NCBI GenBank assembly: GCA_951406725.2
Contig: OX597824.1
Coordinates: 65,658,001-65,722,000 of the forward strand
Reading direction: 5' to 3'
DNA length: 64,000 nucleotides
Source of the DNA: Octopus vulgaris
Lineage: Eukaryota
Shown: positions 1-14,500 of the stretch, in pieces
How the letters are laid out: each line of letters begins with the position of its first letter
Numbering within the stretch: the first letter of the stretch is position 1
Position numbers and translations under genes: made by a program
The notes under the pieces: model-generated
What the model was told of the DNA's origin: nothing
What the model saw: the letters and a program-made list of their open reading frames with translations, nothing else
The model's database searches: none

Positions 1-150
1 TTCTGCCGAGGTCGACTTTGCCTTTCATCCTTTCGGGGTCGATAAATTAAGTACCAGTTACGCACTGGGGTCGATGTAATCTACTTAATACCTATGTCTG
101 TCCTTGTTTGTCCGCTCTGTGTTTAGCCCCTTGTGGATAATAAAGAAATA
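1..150 (+). mobile_element. tRNA-derived SINE family A, 3' part
   Basis: GTCGACTTTGCCTTTCATCCTTTCGGGGTCGATAAATTAAGTACCAG core and AATAAAGAAATA tail shared with 26213-26443 and 31401-31619. Confidence 0.85.
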
Positions 151-159
151 GGTATCTGC

Positions 160-1125
160 TATGACCACCATTTTGCTCAGCTTGATGGGTCTTCTTTCTC
201 ATGCACAACATAATGCCAAAGGTCTCAGCTATTGCCTCTGTAAGGCCCAGTGCTTGAAAGGTGTTCTTTATGTGCCACTAGCATGGGTGACTTGGTTTGA
301 TGGGTCCTCTGAAGCACAGCACATTGCCAAAGGTCTCGGTCACTATTCATTGCTTCTGTGAGGGTTCAAGTTCGAAGATCATGCTTCACTACCTCATTCC
401 ATGTCTTCCAGGGTCTACCTCTACTACAAGTTCCCTCCAAAGTTAGAGATCAACACTTCTTTACACAGCTGCCCTCATCCATACACATCGCATGACCATA
501 TCAGCACAGTTGTCTCTCTTGCTCACTACATCTGATGCTTCTTATGCCTAACTTTTCTCTCAAGATGCTTACACTGTCGGACATGCACACTGACATTGCA
601 CATCCAGGGAAGCATACTGGTTTCATTTCTTTCAAGCTTACACGTGTCCTTAGCTGTCACAGCCCATGTTTCACTGTCATGCAGCATAGTTGTTTGCACA
701 CAGGCATAAAAAAAATCTGCCTTTCACTCTGAGAGAGAGGCCTTTTGTTGCCACTAGGGGTAGGAGCTCTCTGAACTTTGCCCATCCTGATCTTATTCTC
801 ACAGCTATACTCTTAGAACATCTACCTCCACTACTAACTTGGTCACCTAGATAATAGAAGCTATCTACTACCTCTAGCTTGCACCCCTGGCAGTCGATGA
901 AATCTTATTTTCTGCTCATTTTCAGCATTTATTGTACTTGTGCATTTTCCACATACAAAAGCTAGTTTCCCTGTTAACCTTCCTCTGATATTGCTGCACC
1001 TTTTATGTGTCCAAAGCTTACACTGGGTCTCTCTTATAAAGTCTCTACCTACATCTTTTTTACAGTTTGAGAAAGGCCATCTACTTGAAGGGATTTGTGA
1101 TTTGTCTGCCTTCTTATTTACTAAG
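160..1125 (-). mobile_element. RTE-clade LINE fragment (family with PHD-like insert)
   Basis: KKADKSQIPSSRWP..QCKLWTHKRCSNIRGRLTGKLAFVCGKC, homologous to 57775-59550. Confidence 0.85.
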
Positions 1126-1657
1126 ACGTGTGTGTGTGTGTGTGTGTCTGACTCCGACATATTTTCTCTTTTCCAAATTTTACTAATAAGGTATTGATCA
1201 AAATGAAGACATAGTAGAAGACATTTACCCAAGGTATATCACTGTGGAATTGAACCCAGAGCCATGTGGCTCAAATCAAACTTCTTATACTCCCATCTCT
1301 AAACCACATTGCTTACATTGTCCTAGTGAGTTATTACTTTGAATTTAATTAGAAAACCAAGCTTGCTTTTTAAAAACTGGTGCAACACCTGTCACCTTAA
1401 ATTGTTTATTTTATGTTTACATTGAAACAAAGGAAAAGTAGTTATGTTTTATAAAATTATCAGTTTCTTATTAGAATGGCTCCTAACGTATCAATTTTTT
1501 TTATCAAGCCATTCTGGTTTCCGTTGAGTTTTTTCTTTATATTTCATTAATTTGTTAATAAAGTTATTTCAATTTTTCATTTCATCCTTGACATGTTACT
1601 GTTCTCTTTTCACTTTAAAAGTTTACTTGAAATTATAATCATTGCTTTTTCAATTAG

Positions 1658-1753
1658 AATGCAACGAAAGATATATTGAAAAGCAGACGACATACACGAT
1701 CAGTGAAAAGTCCTGTACAAAACAGCACAGCTGCTACTGTTGCAATGAGAGAG
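1658..1753 (+). CDS. TMEM87A: TMEM87 exon (luminal linker [32 protein letters not shown])
   Basis: ag/gtgagt boundaries, 96 nt open, phase 0 into the next exon; weak sequence conservation. Confidence 0.7.
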
Positions 1754-2507
1754 GTGAGTATCAAACAAATGTTACTGTTGTTATTTAGATCCGTGTTAAC
1801 ATGGCTCAAAAAGATTTAGGATCAAAAGTGTTCCAGCTTTATTTTTTTAATGGTAGGGTGTGATTTGAGGAAGATTTGGCTGCTGTTTCTAGAAGATCCC
1901 TTGTTGGCTCAAGTTATTACTGTTTGTCATCATCATTTAATGCCCAAGTTCCATGCTGGTGTGGGTTTGACTGTTACTTTTTAATAAAGTGGGTATCCGA
2001 TATCAACGCTTATCAATGTGTGAAATGAAGTGATTATTGAGTAGTTGTGTTAAACCTTTAGTATTCAAACTGGCCATATCATGCCCAAATATTCTGTTTG
2101 TTTTATGTTCAAACTGGCCAGGTCTGGCCTCATACATCTACCCTACAATATCATTCTAAAAATAAACAATCACATCATTGAAATCTCAAATCTGTGAGAT
2201 AATGCATGATAAATTCAAAACAATGTAAATAAACAAGCATTACACTTGACAAATTAATCTGATTACTAAAGGGTTAAGGGAAATTATTGATCAGTTATTA
2301 CTGATGTGATACTAGCCAGTTAAGAGATGTGGTTGTTAGTAATAGTAGAGATCAGTAATGTATTGTACCAGTGAGTGCAATGTATTTATATAGTATATCA
2401 GAGGAAGTCAATCTGATCAAGTTCATTGCTCCCCAGGTTACTGACTTCAGTGAAGTTTATATGATATAAAAAAAGCCATGAAGTTATGATGGTTAGATCA
2501 TTTTCCA

Positions 2508-2539
<32 letters not shown>

Positions 2540-5500
2540 TAAATAAGTGTACTTGATCCAATGAAAATTTTGGTGCAGCTTAGATTTTTTAGAAGTTTAT
2601 TTTGACTGTATCACGCTAAGAAAATATCTTAGTCTTTATGTGTATGTTGGGTCAAACACGTTTAGAGCTTGATCATTATGGTACCAAGTGTTGTCTCTTT
2701 TCTGAATATGTAAGTTTTTGTTGTTGTTCTTTTCCTTTTTTATGAAATTTAACCCAAGTAAATTATTTATTTTTTCTTTATTCACCTATTCATATACTAT
2801 CCATTTGCAACAAATTGAAAGTTATACAACTCCTCTGTCTTTCTCCCTTCAACAAATGATGTTCTTTCTTAAGACTAGCTTTCCCTATTTGTAAAGACCT
2901 CAATTGGAATTATATTTGTTTTGTTGTTCTAAATTCCAATGGAATTCTTTATTCTACTTTTACAAATTATTCGAGATTGCTTGAAATCATTTTGAAATAA
3001 TAATGCTGCAATATTGTAAGCATCTGATGATCTGTGAACCACAGTATTGAGTTAAAACTTGGAAGACAGTTGTCATAATGTTTTGTCCTCATCATGTTGT
3101 CATAGACAGCTATTACACACAAAATGCCTGTTTGCAAACACTGTTTTCTGATTGGGTAAAAATAAACTTTAAACCTTTTGTAACATTTTTCTAAATTTTT
3201 CCTGAAACAAGTGAAAATCAGATTCAGTGTGAAAAATTACATCAGTATACCAAATTTGAAAATTTTCACTTAATTTTAAAATTTCAAAAACTGTGAGCAA
3301 AACAGTTGTGTGTGGTTGACAGAGAGAAATTAAAGAAAGACAAAAGGAAAAGACATGTTGACCTCACAAAGTGATGATATATTTTAGAATGTACCTGTAT
3401 CTCTTGCTAATACTCCTACTCAACTGTCTGTGTTCTTCATTCTCTCACTACCACTAACTTAAAAATCATACTGTTTCTCCAACTATTCCATCCTGTTTTA
3501 CACCAAAGAAACTGCATAACTGGGTTTGTATTATTTTAGTTCTTCATGGATTATTCTGGGATTCTTTCGGATTTCCATGCCAAATTTGGTAAAAGTTTGT
3601 TAAGAAATGACAAAGTTGTTTCAAAACAAATAGACAAACTTTCATGTTTATTTCATAGATAAGTTGTGAGTTTATGATTTGTAAGGTGTGATAAGGTTAG
3701 CATGTTTTGTTTGTTTTTCTCTTTTTTATTAAACACATGTTTGCTGCCAGAAATGCATGTCTATGACCTGGTTGGTTCCTGGGTCTGTCCAAGCTACACA
3801 GCTAAGGTTCATTGGCAACAGCATGAGCATCAAACATTCCCTAATACCCTCCTAAAAGACATATTGGCTCATGATGAATTTAGAAATTTACAAATGGATG
3901 AGGATAAACATGTCATTTACAAGAAGTAGGGATAAACTTATTTATAAAAAATAAAAGCATGTAAATTTAATCAAAATTCTCCTTTTATTCATGAGTCATA
4001 ACTAACAGTTTTGAACAGTTAAAATATTTATTCAATTCATATGACAATCTCTTGTGATAAGCCAGCATTTTCTCTTAAAACCAATTCTGGTACTCACTGC
4101 TGTTAGGGCTGTATAAACCTGCTTTGTGGTTGTGCAGCACTTCCAAGGAATGCTGTATGCGTTAATAATTTCATAAAATAATAAGCATTGTTACGAAGCT
4201 GGTGGTATAATTTTATATTTTTACATATATTTCAGCACGAGAAACATTCCTTTGTGGCATCAACATGGCATGATGGACCATATGCCTTTTTCTTAGAAAT
4301 CACTTCCAAAAAGGAATTCACCGCTGATAGTATGTGTTGGATATGTTTCTTTCTCACTTTTTAATTATTTCTAAAGTTTTAATATTGTTAATGTTAACAT
4401 TTTGAAAATTACAACCACTGCCACCACCACCATCATCATCATCATCATGCCCATTTTACCATGCTGGTGCATCTTTGTATTTTTTTTCTTATCTTTGATT
4501 GTCTATGGCAAAACAAATAGGAAGAAATTGTGTACATTAAGTCACACTTATATACTTATATGTGCAGCAAGTGTGCAAGTGTTTTTACAGTTAGATATTT
4601 TCTCTCTGCCTTTCACTGAACTTTTAGTCATGAAATTAAAAAATAATATCTATTTTCAGTTAGACAGATTGTGAAAGAAATTAAACACCATAATTGTCCT
4701 GGATCTAAATCTGCAATATATTTCTTTTTTCTCATACAAATTTCAGCATTACACAAAATTTACAGTAGAGGGGATTGTGATTTTATGATGGTTAGGTCTT
4801 TTTCCCAGTAGTTTGAGCAGGTGTGACTGTGATTGAGAAGCTTACTTCCCAATCATTTATCATTCAATTCCATTGCATAGCACCTTGGGTGTTTTCTACT
4901 GTAGCTCTGGGCCAACCAAAGTCTTATGAGTGGATTTGGTAAATGGAAACTGAAATAAACATCATCACCATCATTTAGCATCCATGTTTCATACTGATGT
5001 GAGTTGGATGATTTAACTGTATCTGATGTGTCCAGGGACTGCATCAAGCTCCAATGTCTACTTTGGTATGGTTTTTAGAGGTGATCTCCCTAACACCAGC
5101 CACTTTACAACATGGACTGGGTGGTATTTTTGGGCCACCAGCATTATTGAGGTTGCCACACAGTTCACAGGACTATGAATACTGTGGGAAGTGGTGGGGG
5201 TTAGCATCATGTTAGGATGTGAGGGGATTACTATGGGGGAGTTGGGAGGGGGAAAGAAGCCCATCACGTGTGTGTATATGTGTGTGTGTGTGTGATTGTG
5301 TTTGTCCCCTACTACCACTTGATAGTTGGTGTTGGTGTGTTTACATCTCCATAACTTAGTGGTTTGGCAAAAAGACTATTAGAATAAAAATAAAAAGTAC
5401 CATTAGAATAAAAACAAAAAGTACTGGGATCAATTTGTTCAACCGAATGATTCTCAGTTGGGGTCCATATAAGATTTTTTTGTTAAAATTTATGTACCAT

Positions 5501-8500
5501 AAATTGTTTATACTTCTACAATACACAAAATATTTTAATTGTTTTTATGCATTTCATAATAATGTTTAAAAATATAGCAGGATTACTTTTATATCCTTAG
5601 AATTGCTCTGGAGGTCCAGTAGAGTAAAATAGGAATCAAAGGAGTCCATAGCTAAAAAATTATTGAGAACCTCTAACCCCTCAAAGCAGTGCTTTAGCAT
5701 GGCTGCACTGCAGTTACTGAAATGAGTAAACATTAAAAGATTGTTAGCAAAAGAAAAATATGTCAAGAGTGGAATTTGAAAATAGGTTATGCAACTAGAT
5801 ATCACTTTGAACTTGCTTCCATTTGGTGACATTCATCAGTGTTTATAAAGTAATGTTGCTTTAATGTGTAAGATTCCATAAGCAATCCTTGGTTGAAGAC
5901 AATGCAGTGATATTACTTTATTTTCACCCATTTAACTATTTCAGTCAACTGTTATTTATCATGATGGTTAACATTTTTAAGTGCTGTCATAACTGCCTCG
6001 GAGCAAGATTTTAAGCAATTCATAACACTTCATCATTCAGCGTGTAACATCATCCATTCACATTAAATATTCATACCAATTTGATTGTCCCTTTTGCATA
6101 CATCTGTCAAAACTATGATGTCCAGTTGCTTTGCTAACATTGCACGTGCATCAAAACTTCCTTATTCCTCTCTAACTGCTAAGGTTCTAATATATTCACT
6201 ATCCACATTTCCCTACCATCACACTTGTGATAAATGATTCATGTACTCTCCCTGCTATGCATGCAATAACTGAATTTCTTAACCCATTGGGTTGTTGAAG
6301 AACTATACCCAATTCTCTTACAATGCAATATGTATAGAGAGTGAATCAGCTTGGCAGAGTTTATCCTTTTTTGTTTTTTTCTTTTCAAATCCCATCTGTT
6401 GGAAGTGTTTCACTGGAAGTTAAAAGAAGAATGCAGCAATATTACAGTGCCACTGCTGTATATAGTAGTGAGTTTTCCTGCTCTGTGATGCTTATTTACA
6501 GCTTGGGGCACTGAACTAATTGAGACTTCAGTGTCTCGGCCACAGGCAGATTATAAAGTTTATATCAGTATATGAAATACTGGTCTTCTTATTGATTCAA
6601 CTTTTCACAGTCTCTGTATTGATAGTAAGAATGCAAAAACATTCTTGGTAAAGTTACATGAATTCCTTTCTTCAAGATCTTTGACCACTATATTAATTGC
6701 TTCAAGAGATATTATTACTATCTGTGATACATTCAAAGTGAAGTTCAATCTTGCTTGCTTGCAATGTTACACAGCCAAACTGGCACATAATGGTAAAATA
6801 CTTTGAATAAAATACTTTGAATGGAATAAAACAAGTTTCGCATAAATCTGATCAGTAGTTCTTGAGATATTTGGTGTTTTGGGGTATAAATACCCAAAAT
6901 GGTGCATAATGGGAAAACACACTGAAAATAACTTAGCCCTGAAAGGCAAGAAACTGTAACCTTTCCATTAGACACATTATGATGGGGAAAATATTTTTAA
7001 GTGAAAATGACTTTAAAAATACGGTAAATATTTCATAAAAGACACGTTTGTAACCTCAGTGTAAAATAGTTTTTTTCCATAGGTTTTTTTTGAGTGCATT
7101 CAACGTATTCCACCTCCAAAGATTTGGCTGCTATTTCTAGCACACCTTGCTACCACGTAACAGCTTTTTTTGTGATAAAGGACCTGAAATACCTGTTATA
7201 TGGTAGCAGGGCATGCAAGAAATAGCAACTAAATCTTTCCTTTTCTGGGGAAAGGTGCCGTTTATACATGATTTTGATGTCACATTCATTGAAAGCATGC
7301 AATATAACATAGAAAAGAAAAAAAAACCTACAAAACAAAACTCCATTGCTGGGAAACTCAGACTTCTCCAGTGACCCAACGGGTCACTGGTAGACTAGTT
7401 ACTATTTTTATTATCATGAAGACTGCAAGCTGGCAGATCATTAACGTAGGAGACAAAATACTTAGTATTTCTTCCCACTTTTCATGTTCTGAGTTCAAAT
7501 GCTACTAAGGTTGACTTTGCCTTTCATTCTTTTTAAGGATTGATAAAATAAGTTCCAGCCAAATACTGAGATTGATGTAATCAACTAAACCTCTCCTCTT
7601 TAAATTTGCTGGCTGTCTGCCAAAATTTGAAACCTGTATTATTACTTTTATTATCATCATTAGGACAGTGAGCTGGCAGAATTGTTAGTACATTGAGCTA
7701 AATGCTTAACAGCATTTCATCTAATTCTTCATGTTTTGAGTTCAAATTCTGAGGCCAACTTGGCCTTTCACCCTTTCAGGGTTAATAAAATAAGTACCGG
7801 TTGAGTATAGAGGTTGATGTAATTGACTAGCCCTTCTGCCAAAATTTCAGGCCTTATTATTAACACCATTATATCATCTGTTGAATACTTGGCTTTCATT
7901 ATTTTTTTTTTTTTATATATATCTTTTTCTTAATGTAATTTATATTTAATTTTCTCTCATAAAACTGTAATATTGTTGCTGTTGAATTCAGAAAGTCAAA
8001 GAGAATTTCTAGGATTACTTCCATTGTGAAGTTTTTATTTTTATCAGAGTCAACTGTATAATGACCTATGTATATTTCATTTCTAGTTACAATTCGAATG
8101 GTGGGAAAGCATGGATATTTATCTGCAAATGAGTGGCCCCTTCTGTTGGTAAGTTTAGTTGTTTTTAAAACTTATAATATTTCAAATTGTTCTTGTTGAA
8201 TAACCCCATTGCACATCATGTCTGAAGCTTCGATAAAGCTATAGGATGATACACAAGCATTCAACTGTGGGTGCATTACTTCTTGTAGCAGAAACAGCTG
8301 TAAGCTAGTGAAATACATGACATAATTTCTTATTCCTTCATCGTTTAACATCCACTTTCCATGTTGTAATAGGTTGGACACTTTGATTAAGAACTGGCTA
8401 GTCAGGAGGCTGCACCAGGCTCCAATCTGATCTGGCAAGGTTTATACAGCTGGATGCCCTTCCTAATGCTAACCACTCTGAGAGTGTAGTGGGTACTTTT

Positions 8501-11500
8501 TATGTGCCACTGGCATGGGGGCCAGTCAGGTGGTACTGCTATTGACCACGCTCAAATGGTGCTTTTTATGTACCACCAGCACGGGACCAGTCAGGCGGCA
8601 CTGGCATCAACCACACTTGTATGGTGCTTTTTATGTGCCACCAGCACAGAAACCAGTCCGATGGGACTGGCATTGACCACACTCTAATGGTGCTTTTTAT
8701 GTGCTACCAGCACAAATGCCAGTCAGGTGGTACTGGCACTGGCCATGACACTGATTTCACTTGATTCAACAGGTCTTCTCAAGCGCAGTATCTTTCCCAA
8801 TGATTGAAGGGTACCCTTAAATGGGCCGGTTATGTGACACTGGGATAGTTCACAGCTAGTCTCACTTGGCTTGCCAGGTCTTCTCAAATACAGTATATCT
8901 CCAAAGGTCTCGGTTACTTGTCATTGACTTCATGAGGCCCATTGTCATTTTAATTTCGGCACATAAAAAACACCATCCGAGCGTGGCCGTTTGCCAGCCT
9001 CGTCTGGCACCTGTGTCGGTGGCACATAAAATCACCCACTACACTCTCGGAGTGGTTGGCGTTAGGAAGGGCATCCAGCTGTAGAAACACTGCCAGATCT
9101 GACTGGACTGGTGCAGCTTTCGGGCTCCCCAGACCCCAGTTGAACTGTCCAACCCATGCTAGCATGGAAAGCGGACGTTAAATGATGATGATGATGATGA
9201 TGATTACTGCTCTGTACTCAGCTGATGCATTATTCTGAAGCATATGTATACTGAGTTCTAACACCCAGTTATTAGTATTGCTATGCCTAAGCAATATAAT
9301 AAAATACACACACTCAAACACGCACACACACACACACATGCACAGTGTATGTGTATATACACACACACACGCACACATGGATGAGTGGAGAAATGAAAGA
9401 GGCATTCAACACATTTAGCAGGAGTTACATACAAAGGGTGTTCATTAAAAATTTCCCCTGACCCACTTCTCAAGGACTGGGATAAATGAAACTTGGCATA
9501 ATTATTAGTCCTTCTCTACATAGCCACCACCAATGGTGACACACTTCTCCCATTGCTTTATGCAGATGTAAAACCTTGTCTGTGGAAGTTGGTAGGTTGC
9601 ATCTGTGACCAAGACTTTACATCATCCAAAAAGTGCTTCCCCTTCAAAAAAGGCTTCATAGGTGGAAAGAGGTGGAAGTGAGATGTTGCAAAGTCAGGAG
9701 AGTAAGGAAGATGAGGAAGGATTTCATAGCCGCAGGAGTGTGCTTCCATCTGGGCAATATGCGCATTGTGAACTGAGGTGTTGTCTTGGTGGAGGCAGAC
9801 TCCTTGGGTCAGTATGCCATGCCTCTCTGCTTTGATGACACTGCACAATTTCTTTAGCAGAAAAGCATAATATACTCTGTTAACTGTGGTTCCCTTTGCC
9901 AGAAAATCTATCATTGCTACTTCATGCTGGTCTCAAAAGACTGTGAGCATCACCTTGCCTGCTAAGGGTTGGACATGAGCTTTCTTTGGAGGTGGTGAGT
10001 TATCATGCTTCCATTGCTTTGACTGGACTTTAGTCTCAGGATCATATTGATGGACCCACGTTTCATCCTGTGTGATAAGTCTGCCAAAAAGTCCTCCTCA
10101 TTTTCTTGGCACGTTGCCGAAAAAGCCTGGGAGTAATTGACTCATTCCTGCTTCTGAAAATGTGTGAGCATCCGGGGAATCCATCGTGCAAACGACTTCT
10201 GCATGTGCAAATGGTCATGAATGATTTTTTTCCTCTGCTTATCTTCACTTCATGGGCTAGCTGCCAAATAGTCATGCAACGATCCTCCAAAATGATGGCT
10301 TCCACTTTATGAATGGTGTCATCATCAACGGTGGAATGTAGTCATCCATGAATAGGAGCAGTTTCCTCCAATGTCCAACCACATTTGAACTAGCAATGCC
10401 AGTTCTTGGTTACATCATATGATGGTGCATCATCACCATAAACTTCTTTCATCTCATTGAAAGTCTCTTTTGCTGTATGACCTTTCGAGTATAAGCACCT
10501 GATCACTGATCTGCATTCAACTGCCTCCATTATAACACCTTAGTCCACTTCAGCAGCCGTAAAAGACAAACAAATACTAGTGAAAAGCTGCAATTTACAA
10601 TATGACATGTAGAAACATGTATAATTATACCTGTATAAGTTCCATTTCCTGCAATAACTGGATTAGAGGAAATCTTTAATGAAAACCCCTCATATATTAT
10701 TATTTAAAACAGTTTGACTTGGCCCCGTGCAGCTTAAAGTTTCATAGGTTTCTTACAGAAGCCTAGTTCATCAGCATGGGCCTAATCAAACTGTTTTAAA
10801 TAATAATAATAGTAATAATAGACAATAAGAAGAGCATGATGCGATTTGTAATAGATTGTTTATTTAACGGTTTGGATGATATTTCAACAGATCATCTGTC
10901 TTCTTCAGGTTCAAAATGTAAAATGGAAACAATCGCAGAAACGGAAATACAAAATATTAATGAGGCAATCTTGCGTTCACATTTTGATAGAATCGCATCA
11001 TCAGTTTTCAATTTTATAACTGGTAAAAGGAAAATAACATAGCTAAAATTAGCAAGGAAAGTTAAACTTCCACACATAATTTTAGCAATCAAAGTAAAAT
11101 TTGTGATAGAATTCCTTTAGTAATTAACTGGCACTGAAATTTCACTTGCATTTCAAAAGTGTTACATGAAAGTTACTTGTATATTGCAGAAAAATATCCT
11201 CATTTCAAACAAATGTTCCTTTAGCCACAATAGAAATATAACAGAAATATTAACCACTGCCTTTAACTTCAAGAAAACTATCATTGGAGTTTCTGAATGC
11301 TGCACTTAGAAAAACAGCTGCAAGAGAAGTAAGCCCTGTTCATTGTGCAACAACATGAGTCAAATCAATTCTATCATGTATCATAACAGAAATGTTATGA
11401 TTTATATGGAAGGTGGGACACATATAGATTCTCATTTGGTGTATGCAGCAGAATGCACCAAACACAACTTGGTTTATATTGATTGTACAATAGAACAATT

Positions 11501-14500
11501 ATACAAAAGATTTGATGGGCACAGGTATGATGTCAGGCACAATAACTAGTTCCACAGAACTCGCCAAACATTTTACATCAAATGGCTGCAATTTTGAGAA
11601 ACACCTGAAAGTTCACATTCTCAGAAAATATTCTAAATTCTACACTTTCAGTCCTCAAAATGCATGAGGACAAATGTATTTGTGAATTACTAACATCATA
11701 ATAATAATAATAATAATAATAAACATTGTGTACAGTGCTCAGGTGCACTACAACTCATCGAAAGTGTATATATAATCAGGTGTAGTTTCGACGGATTTCA
11801 GAAAGCATGAGGGCCTTAAAGGATGCAGTGTCATGGCAGTCAACAACTGACGCAGGCAGTTTATTCCATGCTTCAGCAACTCTGAGTGTGAAGAAATGTT
11901 TCCGATCATGCCTTGGAGGAATGAATAAAATGACTGGTGAATTTACACAAAACTGTTCAACTAAATATTTTTCCTTTTTTTTTTTTTTTTTTTTTATTAT
12001 TTCTTTATTTCTTTTCATTTTACCAATTAGAAAATTAAAAACTGGTCGTTCTATCAAAATAGGACTGCAGGATTTCCTTGTTTATATTTTGAATTGTGTT
12101 TCTGCGGTTGTTTTCATGTTAGATTTTAGAATCTCAAGAAGACAGATGAACTGTTGAAATATCATTCAAACTCTTAAATAAATGGTCATTTACAAATCAC
12201 ATCATGCTCTTCTTATTGTCTATTTACCTTCATGAAGAATTACGTCAATCTTTATAAAATAATAATGATGATGATAATAATAATAATCTTTCAAACAATA
12301 AATGAGGAGACTTAAAATAAAAAAAGTGAAGGCAATTATTTCTCCTCATCATTTTACATCCATTTTCCCATGCTTTCATGTTTTAGACGAGTCTTTTCCA
12401 GCACAATTTTTTACTTGGCCTAAATGTTTGTTAGCTATTTTGGTCTGCCTTGGGCCTGGAGTTTATTAGGTTAGGGCATATAATTGACCAAATGTATAAT
12501 ACTTTCCTCTGAATGGTACACCAGTCTGTCACAGAATTGACCCTCTCAACATTGCCAGCTGTTGCAAGTACTCATTTTCAGGTATACAGTGCATCTCTTG
12601 GGCTGAGGGTTGAAACCATGTCTATATGATCTTCAATCTAGTACTCTATTAGGTGATGGTCATTTACCTGCATGCTTATAGCAGAGTGAATTTCACTCAA
12701 GGAATCCAAGGGCCTGGTTGTAGTGTTCAGTCAGGTTACCTGGCTTTATTTTGTCAGTAATATATGTTGTGTATAAACTGAAATTGTAAGGGTCTAATTT
12801 GTCTAAATATGGAATAAAATATTTGTTTCTTATGAGTCAGATAGTACATGTTGTGTATGTTTGGGTATATGAATTTTGACGGGTACATACTTCCTTTTTC
12901 ATTATGTGGTATTTTGTTTACTTGTTATTTTTTTTCCAAGACAACCCTAATCAAGCAGACCTATTATGTAAGACAGTTCAGCTGTGACTATCCTGTCTTT
13001 TGTATATTCAGGTGCATATTGCAATCTGTCTTTTCTTTTGAATATGGTTTGATTTAAGGGAGACTTCGCTACTATTTCAATTTCAGGTCAAGTGGTAGCA
13101 TAGTCTTCTGTTGTTGACTCCTCTGTTTGGTTAAAAGCTGGTTTAGAAATAGTGTGATTGTATCTTCATGTCTGTATGTGTTTTGAGACTATCATTTTAT
13201 ATTATTACATTTTATGTTTTAACATTTTATCACTTCAGTTCTTTGGCATCATGGGTCTATTATATATCTTCTATGGCATAGTTTGGTTACTTCTATTGGC
13301 CTGCAACTGGAGAGACCTACTTCGTATACAGTTTTGGATTGGTGCTGTTATCTTACTAGGTAAATATTCAGTTTTCTTTTTTGTTTGTTTCTCTCCAACC
13401 TACAAATATAACTACTTTCTATTCAAAATTTGAGCTATTTTGAATGAATACCTATAGTTACAAGGAATAAATAATATTTAACTGATTGGAAGTGTTATCA
13501 TGTATATCGTTTGTTTTGGTATAAAAGACAGGCTACAGCAAATATTTTTCTTAATACCACAGATTTGGTCGTTAGTTGTTTGTCCCTTAGTGGCTGACAG
13601 TATGTGCATCACTGATCACAAGCAGAGGTAGTGGGGGAGCATCATAGCCATGTGTTGAGAGGAATTCTTTGGGGTATGGATAATTCACTTCTGGAAACAT
13701 GGGTGTTTTGTTCAATATCGTTAACCCTTATTCAGGGACCTTTTGAGCAGGATGGGCTACTCAACCTAAAGAAAATTCTAACTGGGCCCCACCTGCAAGG
13801 TCATGCACTGTTCATCTTGATATGAGATCACTATGTCGCGCACATATGGTTGTGATGCATGTGCCTGGTGTACTCTTATCAGACAGATAGTCATGATGGG
13901 TATATTGGGCTTCGTATGTTTTACTCCAGTGTCATTTTGATGGCATGCACTGCTCTCTCACTCAATAAATATAATAGTAATAATTTTCTTTCAATATGTT
14001 GTATCACAAATTGTTATGATGATAATGTTTTACACTATAACCATGTAATAACAATAAAACATATAACAAATCCGGGTAACAACAACGTAACAATCCAAAA
14101 AGCGATATTCCAATAAACTACCAAAACGACACCTTACAACTTCTTGTGATTAAAGCCTACTCTCACTCAGTCCAGTACTATTTATAGTTGTCTGGACAAG
14201 ACTATTCTTGCAGCGGGTGTCATGACTCTCGCCACAAAACAATATTAGCATATGCATATGAATTATGGGAAAGTATAAGTGCTTAAAATGATATCAGAAG
14301 GATGAAGAATAAAGTGAGCACTAGTGAGATTTGAATCCAAAACATAGAGGGATGAAACTAAATACCAAAATGTCTTTGGTTCAACATATATTTGACTAAT
14401 ATTATTTTATTAACCTGTAAGGATGAATGGCAAAACTGATGCCAGTGAGATTTGAACCCGGGACATTAAAAAAAGGAAAAAATGTAACTGGTTATCACAC

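Noticed and set aside
8490-8750. CRISPR-like array of ~65-bp units (also 37680-37835 and 57940-58160)
   Set aside because: The 'spacers' are homologous to each other, the array is part of the RTE 3' UTR, the context is eukaryotic, and there are no cas genes.
9558-10305. Domesticated SETMAR-like gene
   Set aside because: Frameshifted, with a mutated catalytic motif, and still bounded by TIRs and TA flanks: a dead mariner.
13860-13910. Hammerhead in the 13.5-14 kb repeat (minus CUGAUAA)
   Set aside because: The core is not CUGANGA and there is no correctly placed GAAA or stems.
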